Positions 41,631 through 54,800 of a DNA stretch of 64,000 bases are shown here, in pieces. The notes below the pieces were generated by a model, which worked only from the letters and a program-made list of their open reading frames with translations, searched no databases and was not told the origin of the DNA. The DNA lies in contig CM119381.1 of assembly GCA_051294905.1 (NCBI GenBank), positions 21,824,001 through 21,888,000 of the forward strand, written 5' to 3'. Each line of letters starts with the position of its first letter. The first letter of the stretch is position 1. A program made the translations under genes and the position numbers. The stretch comes from Botryllus schlosseri (lineage: Eukaryota).

Positions 41631-42138
41631 GTGTTTATTTTCAAATCGCCGCCGAGGAAATCTGGCACACACAATCCACCACATGAAGCTAGTCGACTAT
41701 TCTCACTGTCATTAACTTTCTACTGCAGTAGTTGTGGAACATTGTGACGCCCGCGACCAATTTAGCCGCAACCACGCGCGCGAAACGGACAGAATCATAT
41801 CTTTTCAGCGACGAATAGTGTATTACGTTCGCGCATGCGACCGCCAAGGCCGCCGCGGATAATTGCGACCCGCCGCGCATGAATAAGTGAACGGCCACGT
41901 CAAAAGGCACACCGTGGGACACGGCTTTGCACTTCTACATAATTTAATAACCGCGTACGCGTTCGATTGTTACACGTATCGTTGGCCTGGCAGGAAAAAA
42001 AGCGCTGGGAAAAGCGCGGGATATACGGAATAGTTCAAAAACAAACCCTCCTGTGCGAGAGTGCGCAGGTGTAGCCAGAGGGGGCTGGCAAATGCGTGCT
42101 TGGCACCCACAAGTTTCAGATTTTCAGAATTCTATAGG

Positions 42139-42372
42139 TAGAGATTGTTAGTAACAAAGTACTTCTACATTTCGGAGTACTCAAGTAGGCTTCAAGCACT
42201 CGGCACTCCCATACTCAAGCGCACGGTTTTGATTTCATACAACTCCCACTTCTACTCAACAGTTTTCAGTTTTTTAGCAAAACTCGCGTCGAAATACTTA
42301 ATTTTCGACCAATCCAGAAATCGTTACCTTTTACTACTAGAGTATTAATGAATACAATATCGATCACCTCTG
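42139..42372. mobile_element. Degraded hAT-like MITE, AAGTACTTCTAC family
   Basis: AAAGTACTTCTAC...GGAGTACT block shared with 57778 and 63782. Right end CGATCACCTCTG is the reverse complement of the CAGAGGTG start at 63782. No TSD. Confidence 0.5.
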
Positions 42373-42433
42373 ATTTTGGGACACGTTAGTTCGTGACGTC
42401 AGAGTATATATGACCTCACTTCACCGTTTAAAT

Positions 42434-42723
42434 CAGCGATTCTCAAAGCGGGCGCCATCGCCCCCCCTCCCCTGTGGGCGATTTTGAGAAACGGGGCTAA
42501 AATAACAAAGGTGCGATTGGGGGCGAAAATGTTACAATGTCCAGTCATATATACTCGAAAATTACCCGGCAACCAGCGCAAAACACAGGTGAAAATAAGA
42601 AAGCGTTTTAAACAAGGTCCATATTCCAAACATGTTTGTTTTACATTGATTTTTTAAATGCAACCCAAGTATATGTCGAGCTTGGTAAGGGGAAGATGAA
42701 TCGAAGAAGGTTGGGAACAACTG
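42434..42723. mobile_element. Degraded Charlie-type hAT MITE
   Basis: Ends CAGCGATTCTCAAA / TTGGGAACAACTG resemble CAGTGGTTC(T/C)CAA. Subterminal CGCCCCC motifs. TSD not recoverable. Confidence 0.6.
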
Positions 42724-43197
42724 GCGTTTATGTTTCGTCAATCTTCACAGTATAGCACAGAGTCAGTATTGCGGAATACCGCCTCAATCATGAAACATAA
42801 TCCAAGCGCCTAAATCTATAGTTGGGGTCGCCATACAGAGCTTATATCTAAGATTTATCTTTGTTCTAAAAGGCGACGCCTCAGTCTATAAAACTATATT
42901 GTCCTGATTTCTATGATTTGTCAATAATTTCGACTATTGCCCATAGCATGTCTTATTTTCGTCAATGAGGCCGCGATTAGTTCTGTGGGCGAAAGTTATG
43001 ACCTTTTTTTAGTCAACAGTTTACAAATTTCACGGTCAGGCTACTCAGCGTTTATAGCTGTCCCAAGCGTTTGATAGAAGCCGATGGTAATGGCAGCCAT
43101 ACCTATAGTATCACGAAGACCCTGTTCCCATAAAATTATCGCTCCCTACTCTGCGCCGTATCGTAGTCTGTTACATCACTAGACACGCATCACTTAC

Positions 43198-43303
43198 TTC
43201 AACTCTAACAGGTCCTGCTGCCGCACGATCGCGTTTTTCTTCTGCACCATCTGGAACCATTCCTGCTCCAGGTCATCTTCTCTCTTCGGATCCTTCCCGC
43301 GGC
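43198..43303 (-). CDS. EHBP1: EHBP1 internal exon, bMERB helix 2: (G)RGKDPKREDDLEQEWFQMVQKKNAIVRQQDLLEL(K)
   Basis: Acceptor tctgcacgcgcag, donor GTAAGT, 106 nt (phase 1 to 2). The ExEWFxxVxKKNAxxR signature matches the bMERB domain of EHBP1/MICAL. Splices in frame to 40819-40892. Confidence 0.93.
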
Positions 43304-46300
43304 CTGCGCGTGCAGAGACAAGATTCACGAGCCTGATGGCACCGATCATCGCCGATCAAGTCGACCGAAATGAGGGAGAAAGTTTGTATCAACAGAAACA
43401 TTCCGGGCGACGGAATCCGCAGACGACGCGAAGCGCGATGTTTTTGTAGCGCGGCCACACGCAGACCGCGCCGTTCCGATCGCGGGACGCGTGGATTTAC
43501 GATAACGCGGACGGAGACGGCCGGTGTAACGCGGGGAATGCAGGGACAATGTCCCGCGGGCTAGCGGCACAATTGAGCGTGGCCGTCGGACGATGTGGTC
43601 AAAGTGGGAATAGTTTGTGTTCGAACAGAAGTAGGAGTGATGACGTATATTGCTACTCAATTACAAGTAGAGATAGCGACGTCACAGACATGTCGAAACG
43701 GTACTTCAATGGGCGTCCAAAAAGGAAGACCCGGAAAATATTCGAGTAGTCTCAAAACGTTGATTTGCTAGACGGGTCGCGTACTTGTATCACTCAATCA
43801 GAGATTTCGAAGTTGCAAGACGTAAAATCACCGTTGACGCCACAAATGGGCGCAGTTTCCACAAATGTATTCAGTCACGATGGTAGGGGGGTTATTTCGC
43901 ACGCTGTCAATGACGATTTCACCCGTGAAAGCCATGCGAACATATGCTGAACCCATTTTCTGCTTTACGAAATACAGATTGAATGAAGGAATATTTTCAC
44001 CTGAAAATTGTTCTGGTAGAAGTAGAAGTAGTCAACGAACGTAAATATACTTGAGTAAGCAGAACATGTACGCAAAATCTGGCCCAGTACTACGATGAAG
44101 TAGACGTACTTCATTACTGCTCGCCTTAGGCGGTCGAACAGGCTTCTGGTGATTGAGTATTTGCAAGATAGGTACTTCACGCCCAAATCGAATCACGACT
44201 CTATCCCCTAAAAGTAGCATTTCAACGATTTCGATGGCGCTGAAGATGGGTTTAGGGTTCGGGTCGTAATTGCGACCCGGGGGCTACATCAAGACTAATC
44301 CCTCGCCACAAATACCACCCGCATGAAGACGATGTACGCAAGATATACATCGCAAGATTCCGCGATTCGAAGCCAAAAAATCGACACGAATCACGGCGAG
44401 TTTGTTCAACGTCCGTCAGCCGTACACAACCCACCATAAATTACATTTTTCACCGTTTGTACACCCCCAACCGACCGCGACGCGCTAAATCAATACCGAT
44501 TCCATAACAGCGCGCGGTGGGACGCACGAAAACAAAAGCCCTCGACGCTGCGCCTCAGTCACGAAACACGAGACAGCCGTCAAACTGTGTTTTCAAGCGA
44601 TAAGAACATGACGAATCGCCCGGCCGTCGAGTGCGCCGCAACGCAATCGGGATGACACTCGAAAGACGGAAGTGGCAAATTTCCGATGGGAACACCGTTC
44701 GGGTGAAGCAACCGATCGATATTGTTTACAATATCAATGGGCCGTTGAAGTGCGGAGAGTGACAAGTGTAGGTCGGTTGAAATCGTTGGCATATTGTTCG
44801 GATCCAAAATAAACCCGGGCCGAAGCGTAGGCCGTCGCGGTAAAGTGCCGTGGGAAAAGACAACACCGTTTTTGTGTCCCTGCGAGCAGGCGAGGGCCGG
44901 ATGAGACGTATTCCAGCCCGCGGAATAGCTTTTTGATGAAATTGCACTTGACTGAGGTACCCGTGTGAGGAAAGATGCGGGTTTCCTTGTGTAAACCACT
45001 TTAATTTAGCATTTCTACGCAGACGGGCGGGCGTCGCCGCGCTTCGGTTCCCACGAATGCCCTACCTCACTGCTCTGGTCAAATTCTGGCCAAATAACGA
45101 AAGTAAAGCACGCTTTGGTAACTAAGCGGCGATTCGTACAACCGCAGGACATCCCAAGCGAGAAATATCATGAAATATCGCAGACTTGGCATTCCCACGG
45201 ATATTTACTATTTGACGGCTGATTAGTGATTATCTATAATTCACGCGTGGACGCCTCCTTTCACGATCGTTCGGAAATGTCAAGGGATTGATTCCCGCGA
45301 TTGATTATTGTGTCAAATATCTTCAACCTGTGCGCGTTGGTTCGCAACTGTAGAAGTCAGATTGCAGAATGCAATGCGGTTCTTAACATCGCCATCCTGA
45401 AACCAAGCTGTTTCGCCCATTTGACTTTGATTTGATGTTATATTCGCCACCACTGTTTTCCTATCTCAAGACAATGTCAATAAGAACCCGCAATCAATGT
45501 TGGCGCTACAAACGCGTTAAACAACGAGGTTCACATATTTGTTCCCAATCAATGGCAAACGAAATCATAACAGACCGGAGAATTAACGATCTAAACCGAA
45601 GATTACCGTATTTTCAACTCCCCAAAGCGTCCACAAGCGAGAGAACGCGTACTATTTTCAGGGAAAACAAGCGATCCGAATTAACTCAAGAGCCGAAATG
45701 AATGCTTTGACAAAAAAAAGGCGGTGAATCGACAGATACCCGGGGAAACCTACAACAAAACCAATGCGCATCGTCAAAGAACGCTAAACCGAATCTCGGA
45801 TCGTCTAGGCGCGCTGACCGATTACCCGTCATCAAGCCCTAAAACAATTGTTACCTGTCTAAATAATGCATTGATACCGCGACTCGGCTAATCGCGTTAA
45901 TAAAGAATAATCCGTAAGAAAAGAGCTCTCGCGACCGCCGTCAAACGTGGGAAAACTATGACGAATGACCCCGAAGAGGGATTTCAAGAGCGGTTTATCC
46001 ATGCAAGTGCCTTTTCATTCCCGTCGAATGGGGGATACTCTAGCGTCTACCCGCAGGACCGCTGCTCAGCGCGAATGTTACAAATTACGTACGACAATCA
46101 ACACGGACCCATGAACTTACATATTAATGACAATATATAAGAAGTTCACATCAGACACCTCCCTATGGTTATCGGGAATCACGTATCAGCATCAGTTTAT
46201 TTATAATTTCAACACATCGAAACATCACAAGATTTTTATACAATGAAAAGATAGGAACTAAGGAAGATGTCAAAACGACTTGAAGTTATCTTTTAATCAG

Positions 46301-49300
46301 ACACCCACCTTGGCTGAGAGAGCATGTTAAGAAGCATACACATTGAATGGAAAGTGATGGAAATTAACATAACCAGGGCAAGTGATGAGAATAGAGTGGT
46401 ATATGTCGGTCGGCGAAGTCGATCAGTCAAGACCGTGGTCCTGTAAATCTCGAGCGCCGAATAGACACACGGCGGAAAGCACGACTTTCCGAAATCCGCA
46501 ACAATTCTCAGTCATACAATGCAAATATGGCCCTGCTTGCATTTATAGATTGTTCGTTTCTGTTCTTCATGCGTGGGGTCGGAATCAATAACTACATATT
46601 TAAATGTAAATCCTTGAATCAGAAACCATGTCATTCAATCATGTTGCCAACACAACTTCAAATTTAGCATCACTAACGACCCAAACCGAACTGCACATGA
46701 CCATGGTAAAACTGGTGACTGCGCCAACCTGCAATTACCCATGCATAAATATCTTATAATAACCCAAAACATGTAGCTGTAGCTCCACGTTGACAATAGG
46801 AGATAAACGTCGTGTGTCGCATACCACCGTTAAAATTCGCAATTCAAAACTGCTATTAATCCATATATATGCAAAAACTTGATATCAAATTGAGTGCATT
46901 TTATTATGGGTATTTCCGATGAATAGGACAATAATTTCCTTGTGATATCGACGGAATTACTACACTAAAACCGAAAAAAACTCGGTTTCGATACCATCAC
47001 ACCTGGCCGATAGATCACAGCCTGAATCCTCTCAAATATCGCCCAATCGATTAGTCGATTAAAGATTTGAAACTAGTAATTTTGCCGCTTAAACCTTTGA
47101 AACCGTCAATTCGGCGCGGGACAGTCGACTTCAAACGATACCGTGGCTTACCGTACGCGGCGAGCGTACGTCCCTAATTAGAGGCTTCAAATAGTTACTA
47201 AATTCGGATCGCGAGCAATCTATTTGACAACGGTAAAGATCCTCAGATAATTAAATGTGATAGCACTGAAAACATGGTCCATAACGACGCAGGACAGCCG
47301 AAAGTCTGGCGGCGTGCCGACCCAAGTTTCCGAGTCCTTGCTTTCTGTTTACCCCGCCTTTATTGCGCCCCGTCAAATTGAAGTAACTGCGCGCATTACG
47401 TGTTTGAAGGCAGAATGTTAACGAGAGATCAGGCTAATTTCGGGGTTTACTCACGCACCGTGTTACACGCGGGTTGCAGCAAAGTTTATAGGCTATTAGG
47501 CATGGGAATGTTAGGTTAATTACACGCTTGTTCTTGCCGATACGACGCCGGTTGATACATTACATTAAAACGGGGCGGCACATCGTCAAATGACACTTGA
47601 TAAATAGGCCTATACAGCGTTCTATTTTCTTCGCCACAGTCGACCAATGAAGCCGAATTCGACTCGCGTTCATTATTCCGTTATATATAAGTGAAAATAC
47701 AATCCCGTAAGCCTTCGTAATGATTCGGATCACATTTGTGTTACAAGACCAAAATCGGGTATAATACGGTTCAGGGTATTAGATCAGAAAGGATAAGGTA
47801 ATCCGGGGTAGAAGCCTGCGTTCATTATTTTACGTACGTACGTCACGTGCCGACCAGAAATCCAATTTTTCGAGCACATGAAATGAGACTGTGAGGGACT
47901 TGGGTATATAGCGATGCTAATTCAAAAGAGTTTCTCCCATACACCTTCCATTCCGCTAGTGTTGACATATTTCGACACGACCCGTTACAGCGCAGTGTCT
48001 CGACGATAACGCTCGTATATTTTTAGCGTTCGGGCACAAATAAATACACTTTTTATCAGCGGAAGCCTATCATATCGAAACACCACCAAACACCGCAAGT
48101 GGTACGAAATAGGTATACGACAGACCGATTCTTCCACGCCTTTGCGGCCTGGACATCGCTACTGCGGGACAAATCAAATCACATCAGTACTGTGACAGTG
48201 GGACAACAGCGCCGTCGAGTGGTGGAACATAATGTTTCATAAGATCTAATCGTAGGTGTTAATAATCCCGAGCCTTGAGGTATGCAACTATGAGTATTTT
48301 AGGGTTTACAATGGAATGCCGGTAAAACCTGCACATACACAACCCACAGGCCAAATCGGGACCATGACGCCATTTTATTTGGCCTAAGAGAGGGTATAGG
48401 GAAATCAGTACAAATAAGATATGATTGTTTAGGTGGACGACAGTGGCATAACCCCTTGAGGACAGACCTCACTGGATATGTATCTGACGCCAATGCTTTG
48501 CCACCAGAGTGTATGGTGAACATGTCAGGCCGTAGAATTGGGTCCTGTGTTACCGAACTGAAGTTACAATGTGCTGACTATACATTTCTTGATGACCACA
48601 TGCGGATGAATACTAGTGTGGGCGACACATTTATCATACGCTCACGACAAGCTCCAAGGACAAACAATATTTTTTGCGCGCACGTCCGCAATGACGCGAG
48701 CGAAACTTCCGGACTCTTACGAATGCCAGAAATTATTAATTTCGTGTTCAGAATTTGATTGGTAAACAGCTCCGAGTATTAAAATATAACAACAGGTGAC
48801 GAAGACCGGAGAATGCGAACAATAAGATGAGGTAATGGCTACCGTTTAAGAAAAAGGGAAGAATTGAGGAAACCGTAATAACTGGTCTACAGGAAGGATG
48901 GCATACTTGATATTTAGAAGGTGTCATGTCAATCATATGTGACCTTACAACAAAACTAACACACTGCATATGACACTGATCTTGTACTCATGATGTATGG
49001 TGGAGTGATGGTGCTACTTCGGCCCCAATACTTCCACGCTGGAGTATGTGGTGGAGGGATATAGGCTGGGGCGGAGATATTGACAAAGGAACTCTTAGAA
49101 AGAGGGGTGAGTGGCTTCCGAACCGTACACAGAGAAAGATGAAATATCATAACAACATTAAGGTGATGACGAAGCAAGAATTCTTGAAAAAGGTGGCAAA
49201 AAAAATCAAGCCTGCCGATTAGAATAAGGCGAAGAATTCAAGTCAAGAATAAATTGTCCGGTCGTACATAACATAGCCACCTGACCCGCAACGCTGACAG

Positions 49301-51819
49301 ATAAAGTAATCACCGAGCTTGTTGAGGTTGAAGTTCAAAATAAACAAATCAGATAACACAAGCAAAACTTGTTTACAAAACACCGTGACACGTCCACGAT
49401 AAATCTCAAGAGTATCAGGAAGAAATTCAACTATTTTACATACAGGCAGGCGTTGTTGTAATTAATAACATGACCATGTATTTTGCCAAAAGAAGTTTTA
49501 TTGCGCTTAGTCGGAAGACATACGACAGCCATGACATTGTATATAGTTTCTGTTATTGTCTAAACAAAGTCGCTGTGACGAACGCGACATTTCTGCCAAA
49601 CAGGCAAACACTGGAAATAATATGGCTGGCGATTGCCTGGCCTTTTAATAATGGTAGCATCTGTGTGTTGAGATCATCCATGGAGGGTTACGACTCGCTG
49701 GGAGAAAGATGCAGCGCTTCAAGCGATCTCTTCAAGATCTTTTAACAGATAAGTTCGTATTTCAAGCCGATGACTTTCATGGCTCACGACACGGAGACCG
49801 CATTGCTGTGCGCAGCGGTGGCGTATCGGCTACCCAAGAAAACGAAAACTCCGACGCGGTATAGATGCACCACGACGGCTGACAAAGAAAACGAAACGTG
49901 CGGCGAATCGCCGATCACGACTCTGTACGGAATGTAGAGTTTGTGTTTACACCAAACATATACGCGATGTTTCATTACGATATTGTCATTGTCATGCTGC
50001 GTCCCGCTGAATGTTAATGGACTCGGGACTTACAACCTCATTACGGCCGCATTCGTAGAGGTATGACTTCATGGGCGTCTTTAAACAAACAATAGCCGAA
50101 GCCTAATGATAAATCAACTGTCACACGCCAGATGCTTTACTAATTTTGTGTATTACATCATACTTATACTTGCGGATAACCAACATCTTACATTGCATGT
50201 ATGGAATTGGATAATAATTCGCACTGAAATTCATTGTATATTGAAGTTCTCTACCTCCAAGTGTCTCTATGGATGAAATCGTCTCCATATTCTTCTCGAA
50301 AACAAGACCACGCCAATCCCCATCGCTCCCATACCCGTGTATACCCTACCCTGCATCACTTGTCCACCCCTAAAACTGAACTTGCTTATCTTCTTCGAAA
50401 CTGTTTTCTCCTAGTCGCTCGTAATAGTGTGACGAGCTCGGCCAAAATCACGCGCCAGATTTCGTCGCAATAGTGGCGTCCCGGCGTATATAAGGCAGTA
50501 GGAATCCACCGTATAATGTTCTTAATCGATCTTGTATAGTACGGCTACCATCATTTGTATACAGTAAAGAGTTGATCAAAACGCGCGACAAGGAGCTTAC
50601 ACGGGAGTTAAGGCGATTTACGGATCCCTCCAGATCTTTATCTGAAATGCCACAGTGTTCACTACGACACGCGTTGAAAGCGTTCAAGTATCAAATTCAA
50701 GCTAGGAGATCGGAAATTGCGGATTACCGCCGCAGATTCACTCGATTCAAACTGACACCATTCACTTTAACGAAAGAGCGATGCTACAATTGCGCGGCGA
50801 ATTATCTGACACGATACAACGGGAACACTAACGGTTTAATCGGCTATGTATTCGTTGAGCAGACTATATGAAGAGATAAAACAAGCTATCCAACTAATCT
50901 TCCGCGACTCGCGAATGTATTTTCTGGCTTAATTTCACTAACAACAACAAATATTACGTAACGAATACTTAAAAATATCACCGTGATTCCGATTCTACAG
51001 AGGGAATATAAAGGCCACGGCGATATGTCTTGATAGCGTCGTATCCATTTCTTGAGTTTTTCGCACCGCAACTACAATTTTAGTAATGATTGTTTGTGAA
51101 AGGTAAAAAAACATGTATATAATTAGCCGTCATTGGGCGGGATATATGTATCACAGTGTTAGCGCTAATTAGTATTCGCTCTAATTAGAATACTAGTGTT
51201 ATGTAGTCCGGTCTTTATGACAAATGTCTTGCAGCAAGTAACACTAAAGCACATACTGCCCGCATACATACGACACAGCCGGCGGGGTGTACATGTACAG
51301 GTTGCGTGTGGTCTACAGTTGGAGGCATTGAGTCATAGCACCCGTGGGACTTCCAGCGTATTGTCTCCGTTTCCGAATTCGCTCCGGTAAGTGAATTACG
51401 GGCGACTAAACGTCAAATCGAACAAGTGCGTGACGAAATTTCGACGTCACAATATCCTTAGGTGGTCAGCGACCGCGCAACTGCGCGACGCGGAGTTTTT
51501 ATCTCGAGAAGCTTGAATCTATACCGCAAATACAAGGGATCGCATCTTCCGCCTACCTAGACATGGATGACTTGATAATTCTAATCAGAGCGAAACGCCA
51601 TTAACCTACCTCTCATATAATTTGTGATATGTCCCTGTCCGATTCAACTCCAATTTTTGCTTTTCCTGAAAGTGCCACAGAACTGTATAGTGCGAAACGA
51701 GCAAAGCTCGGTGTGCAGACATATTCCGTTCGCATGCTTATAAGAATGAACTGACCTATATTTTTGTTGTATTCCGTTATAATTGAAGAGCCTCTTGGAG
51801 GTACAGAACTTCAATTTAC

Positions 51820-51873
51820 AATTGAATAGTATATTCATATTGAAATATTTCAATATGAATATACCATTCAATT
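51820..51873. repeat. 54-bp AT-rich palindrome with a perfect 34-bp core
   Basis: TATATTCATATTGAAAT|ATTTCAATATGAATATA (51830-51863) is a perfect palindrome. The 10-bp flanks pair with one mismatch. Confidence 0.9.
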
Positions 51874-54800
51874 CTTTATAATTCGAAATTTAGGTAAATT
51901 TTCCGAGTTTTTTTCAAATTCAGTAATTTGAATCGTTATAGAATTTGGAAAAAGCTCGTGTAGCTATAATTCTAATTCTAATCGACTTTGGAAAAGTTGA
52001 AAATTTTCAAGCTGTCCAGTGTCCATGTCCATTGTCCAACTATGTAGCCCCGCTATATCGATGCGATGCGAGAGAAATACAAACAAAATGGCGGACTACA
52101 GTTAGATTCGCGTATTTTAACCCAGGCGTCGGTTGAAGGCCCTCGTTGCATACGCCATCGGGAACGCAAGCGTGGCGAGCCGTAAGTTTCGAATCATCAA
52201 ACGCGCGGGGTTAACAATTTCGTTTATTGTGATTCGCGGTAATGAATTTCCGGCAAAAAGACAATGAATATCTTATACTGCGCACAAGTCATTATTACTG
52301 CCGCGCAACGGTAGCCGCCGGTGTGTTTGTGGATAAACACCGTCCCACTATTTAAGCACACATAATAAATCGCCAGAAGTGTTAGCAATAACATGTCTCA
52401 CCATGGGCGCAAGATAAGCCCATCAATGCCAGCCGTATCGCCATTTACGAACGACGCAAAGTTTCATGTACCAACAAACGATCACGTTTTAACCTTCGAC
52501 GGGTGGTTCCGCCCGCTCCCTCGGTCCTCGCGCGACATGTATAAAACCGGGATTACATAAAGGCTTAACGCTCTCATTGCGATCGTGTTATGAAATCGAA
52601 AAAAACAATCCAGCGCTGCCGCGCTTTCCTCGAAGTATTCGACCCGTAATGCAATGGTAGACTGTAATGGCGAAAAGAAGATAGCACAGTGGTTCGTACC
52701 ACAGCTATACAACGCCAATATGTTGCGGTTAAAGTCAGACCGAGGTCGATTCCAAATAACCTATGCCTCGGTGTTGAAATCTTTTTCCCGTCATCCGACC
52801 CGTGTTAGCTGTGTTAAAAAGCCTAGGACGAACGTGGGCCGTTCTACAAGTAAGCAATTATAACAGCATGAATACTATAAAGAGAACAGTAAAAGGGTAC
52901 GTGGCCGTTTGTTATACTGAATGAGATCGGGTTCGTATGCATGTGCTCGAATATTGCTCTACGGAATCGTTTCTTGCGATGTCGGAAGTCATGTGATGGT
53001 GGAATTCAAAATGGTGAAATTGACTCTTCGTTTTCTCTTACGAGACACTACAATCTTAAAGACAGAAGAACTATACTGGATGCGCTAGGCCCGCATCAGC
53101 ATAAGTGACAATATCTGCTTCCGGTGTTCCAAAGAACCACCAAACTGAACCAGCGACATGCGAAATCGGGCCATCACGCATTGCTTGTAAGTCCCGGTGA
53201 CACTTCGAGCGCTTATTAAACACTCGAAAGGTGTGACCTGATACGAACGCGTCTTGATAAATGAGTACAGGCATGCGGCCTCCGACCTATATTTAAAATC
53301 CGTTGACAGCACTCGAAACGTCCTTTTGATCAAGGCAGGCCCGCCACGGCTGCAGCCAAGACAATCGCCACGCGAAAATTCGTCGACGGATAATCTAAGA
53401 TAACAGTGTCTTAGTGCCAATCAAGTCGCAAGAAAAACAGCGAGGCTCGACGACCAAAAAGATGGAAACGCTGCTAAAAAGAATCGGAATTTCGCTTTGT
53501 TTGGGCCGGAAGGGAGGTCATTAACAAGTAAACACATCGCGCATCGATACCGTACAGAACTATCGAGAAATCTAACAACGGGATTAGACGTGTCGGCAAC
53601 ATATTAAACGGTGGCCAGATCCACTGCAGACAGACGTGAAGCAAGTCCTTGTTTATTTGGAGTCGAAACATACACGCCCATCGCGCAAAGTTTACATATA
53701 ATTGTAACTACATAGCAATGGCACGAACCAAAATAATCAAACCAGAACGAGATTGGCTGCGGTCAAGGTTTCGCCGTCACAGCCGTCGAGAATCCAGCCG
53801 GCATTTAATTAAAAGAAGACGGTTAACATAATTGCAAACGGAAAATGCGTTCGGGCGTAGGTCGAGAAACCCATTCAACACCAACTGCTCAAGGGATGGA
53901 GTGATGACATCGTCACTGCACTAACGGCGGCGGGACAAATATCGCGAACAATGCACACTGACAGACAGGCAGTTGTGACATGAAAAGGGTCTTCTATTCA
54001 AAACGGTGTCTCTCCTCTGTGTCCTACCAACTGATGACATGGGAAGGAGGAAATGTTTTGATTTTATTTCTTAATTTTAATATCGTCTGCCCCATCAAGG
54101 TGCTTGGGCGATGGCTATGCGAAGAAACCGGAACGTTATATCCAGTCAGCACCCCAAATTTCACCCTCCACGCTGTTTCGGAGCGCAGACTACCCGGAGG
54201 GAAGCCTTGAATATCACTCTTACAAGCAAATCATTGCGTCTGCCCCAGTCCGTGCACAACACCACACACTACCGATCGAGAATCTGGTCACTATAACCAC
54301 GAGTGGTCATCGTTATTAAAATCACGACTTGAAGAGCAGAGACGCACTGATGATTTATAAAGTATTATGGGGTGCATTTATTCTCTTTTTGTGTGGGCCT
54401 CTGCGACGTATCACTCCTTTTCCACGACTGAAGACTGTGGTCTTGGGTGGGATCAGAAGTGTATCTGTGTGTCCCTACATTCCATGCCATGGCTTCTGTG
54501 GGGCTTAATGGTCTGCTTCCATTTTACCATTACGGTATTGGGTGTGGTGAATGTGCATATCTGTGCGTCCCTATATCCCCTGTCAAAGTCAATGCTTCTC
54601 ATACACGTCACGAGCTCATGGGAGGACTCGAAATCCACAATACCGCGGACATTATAAGGCGATAAACCGCAGACGATGCAATCATTCAACGCGGAGCGTT
54701 CGGAACGGGCGAAAATCTCGAGTCAAGTGGCATAATCGTCCACCCATTAGCGAGATGACTGCCGCCTTGACAGGCGCAAGCAGACGGACGGCTTAGTCCT

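Noticed and set aside
44109-44208. SLFDRLRRAVMK as the missing bMERB helix-1 exon
   Set aside because: Ends in phase 2, which gives a stop when joined to exon 43303, and lacks the upstream coiled-coil pattern.
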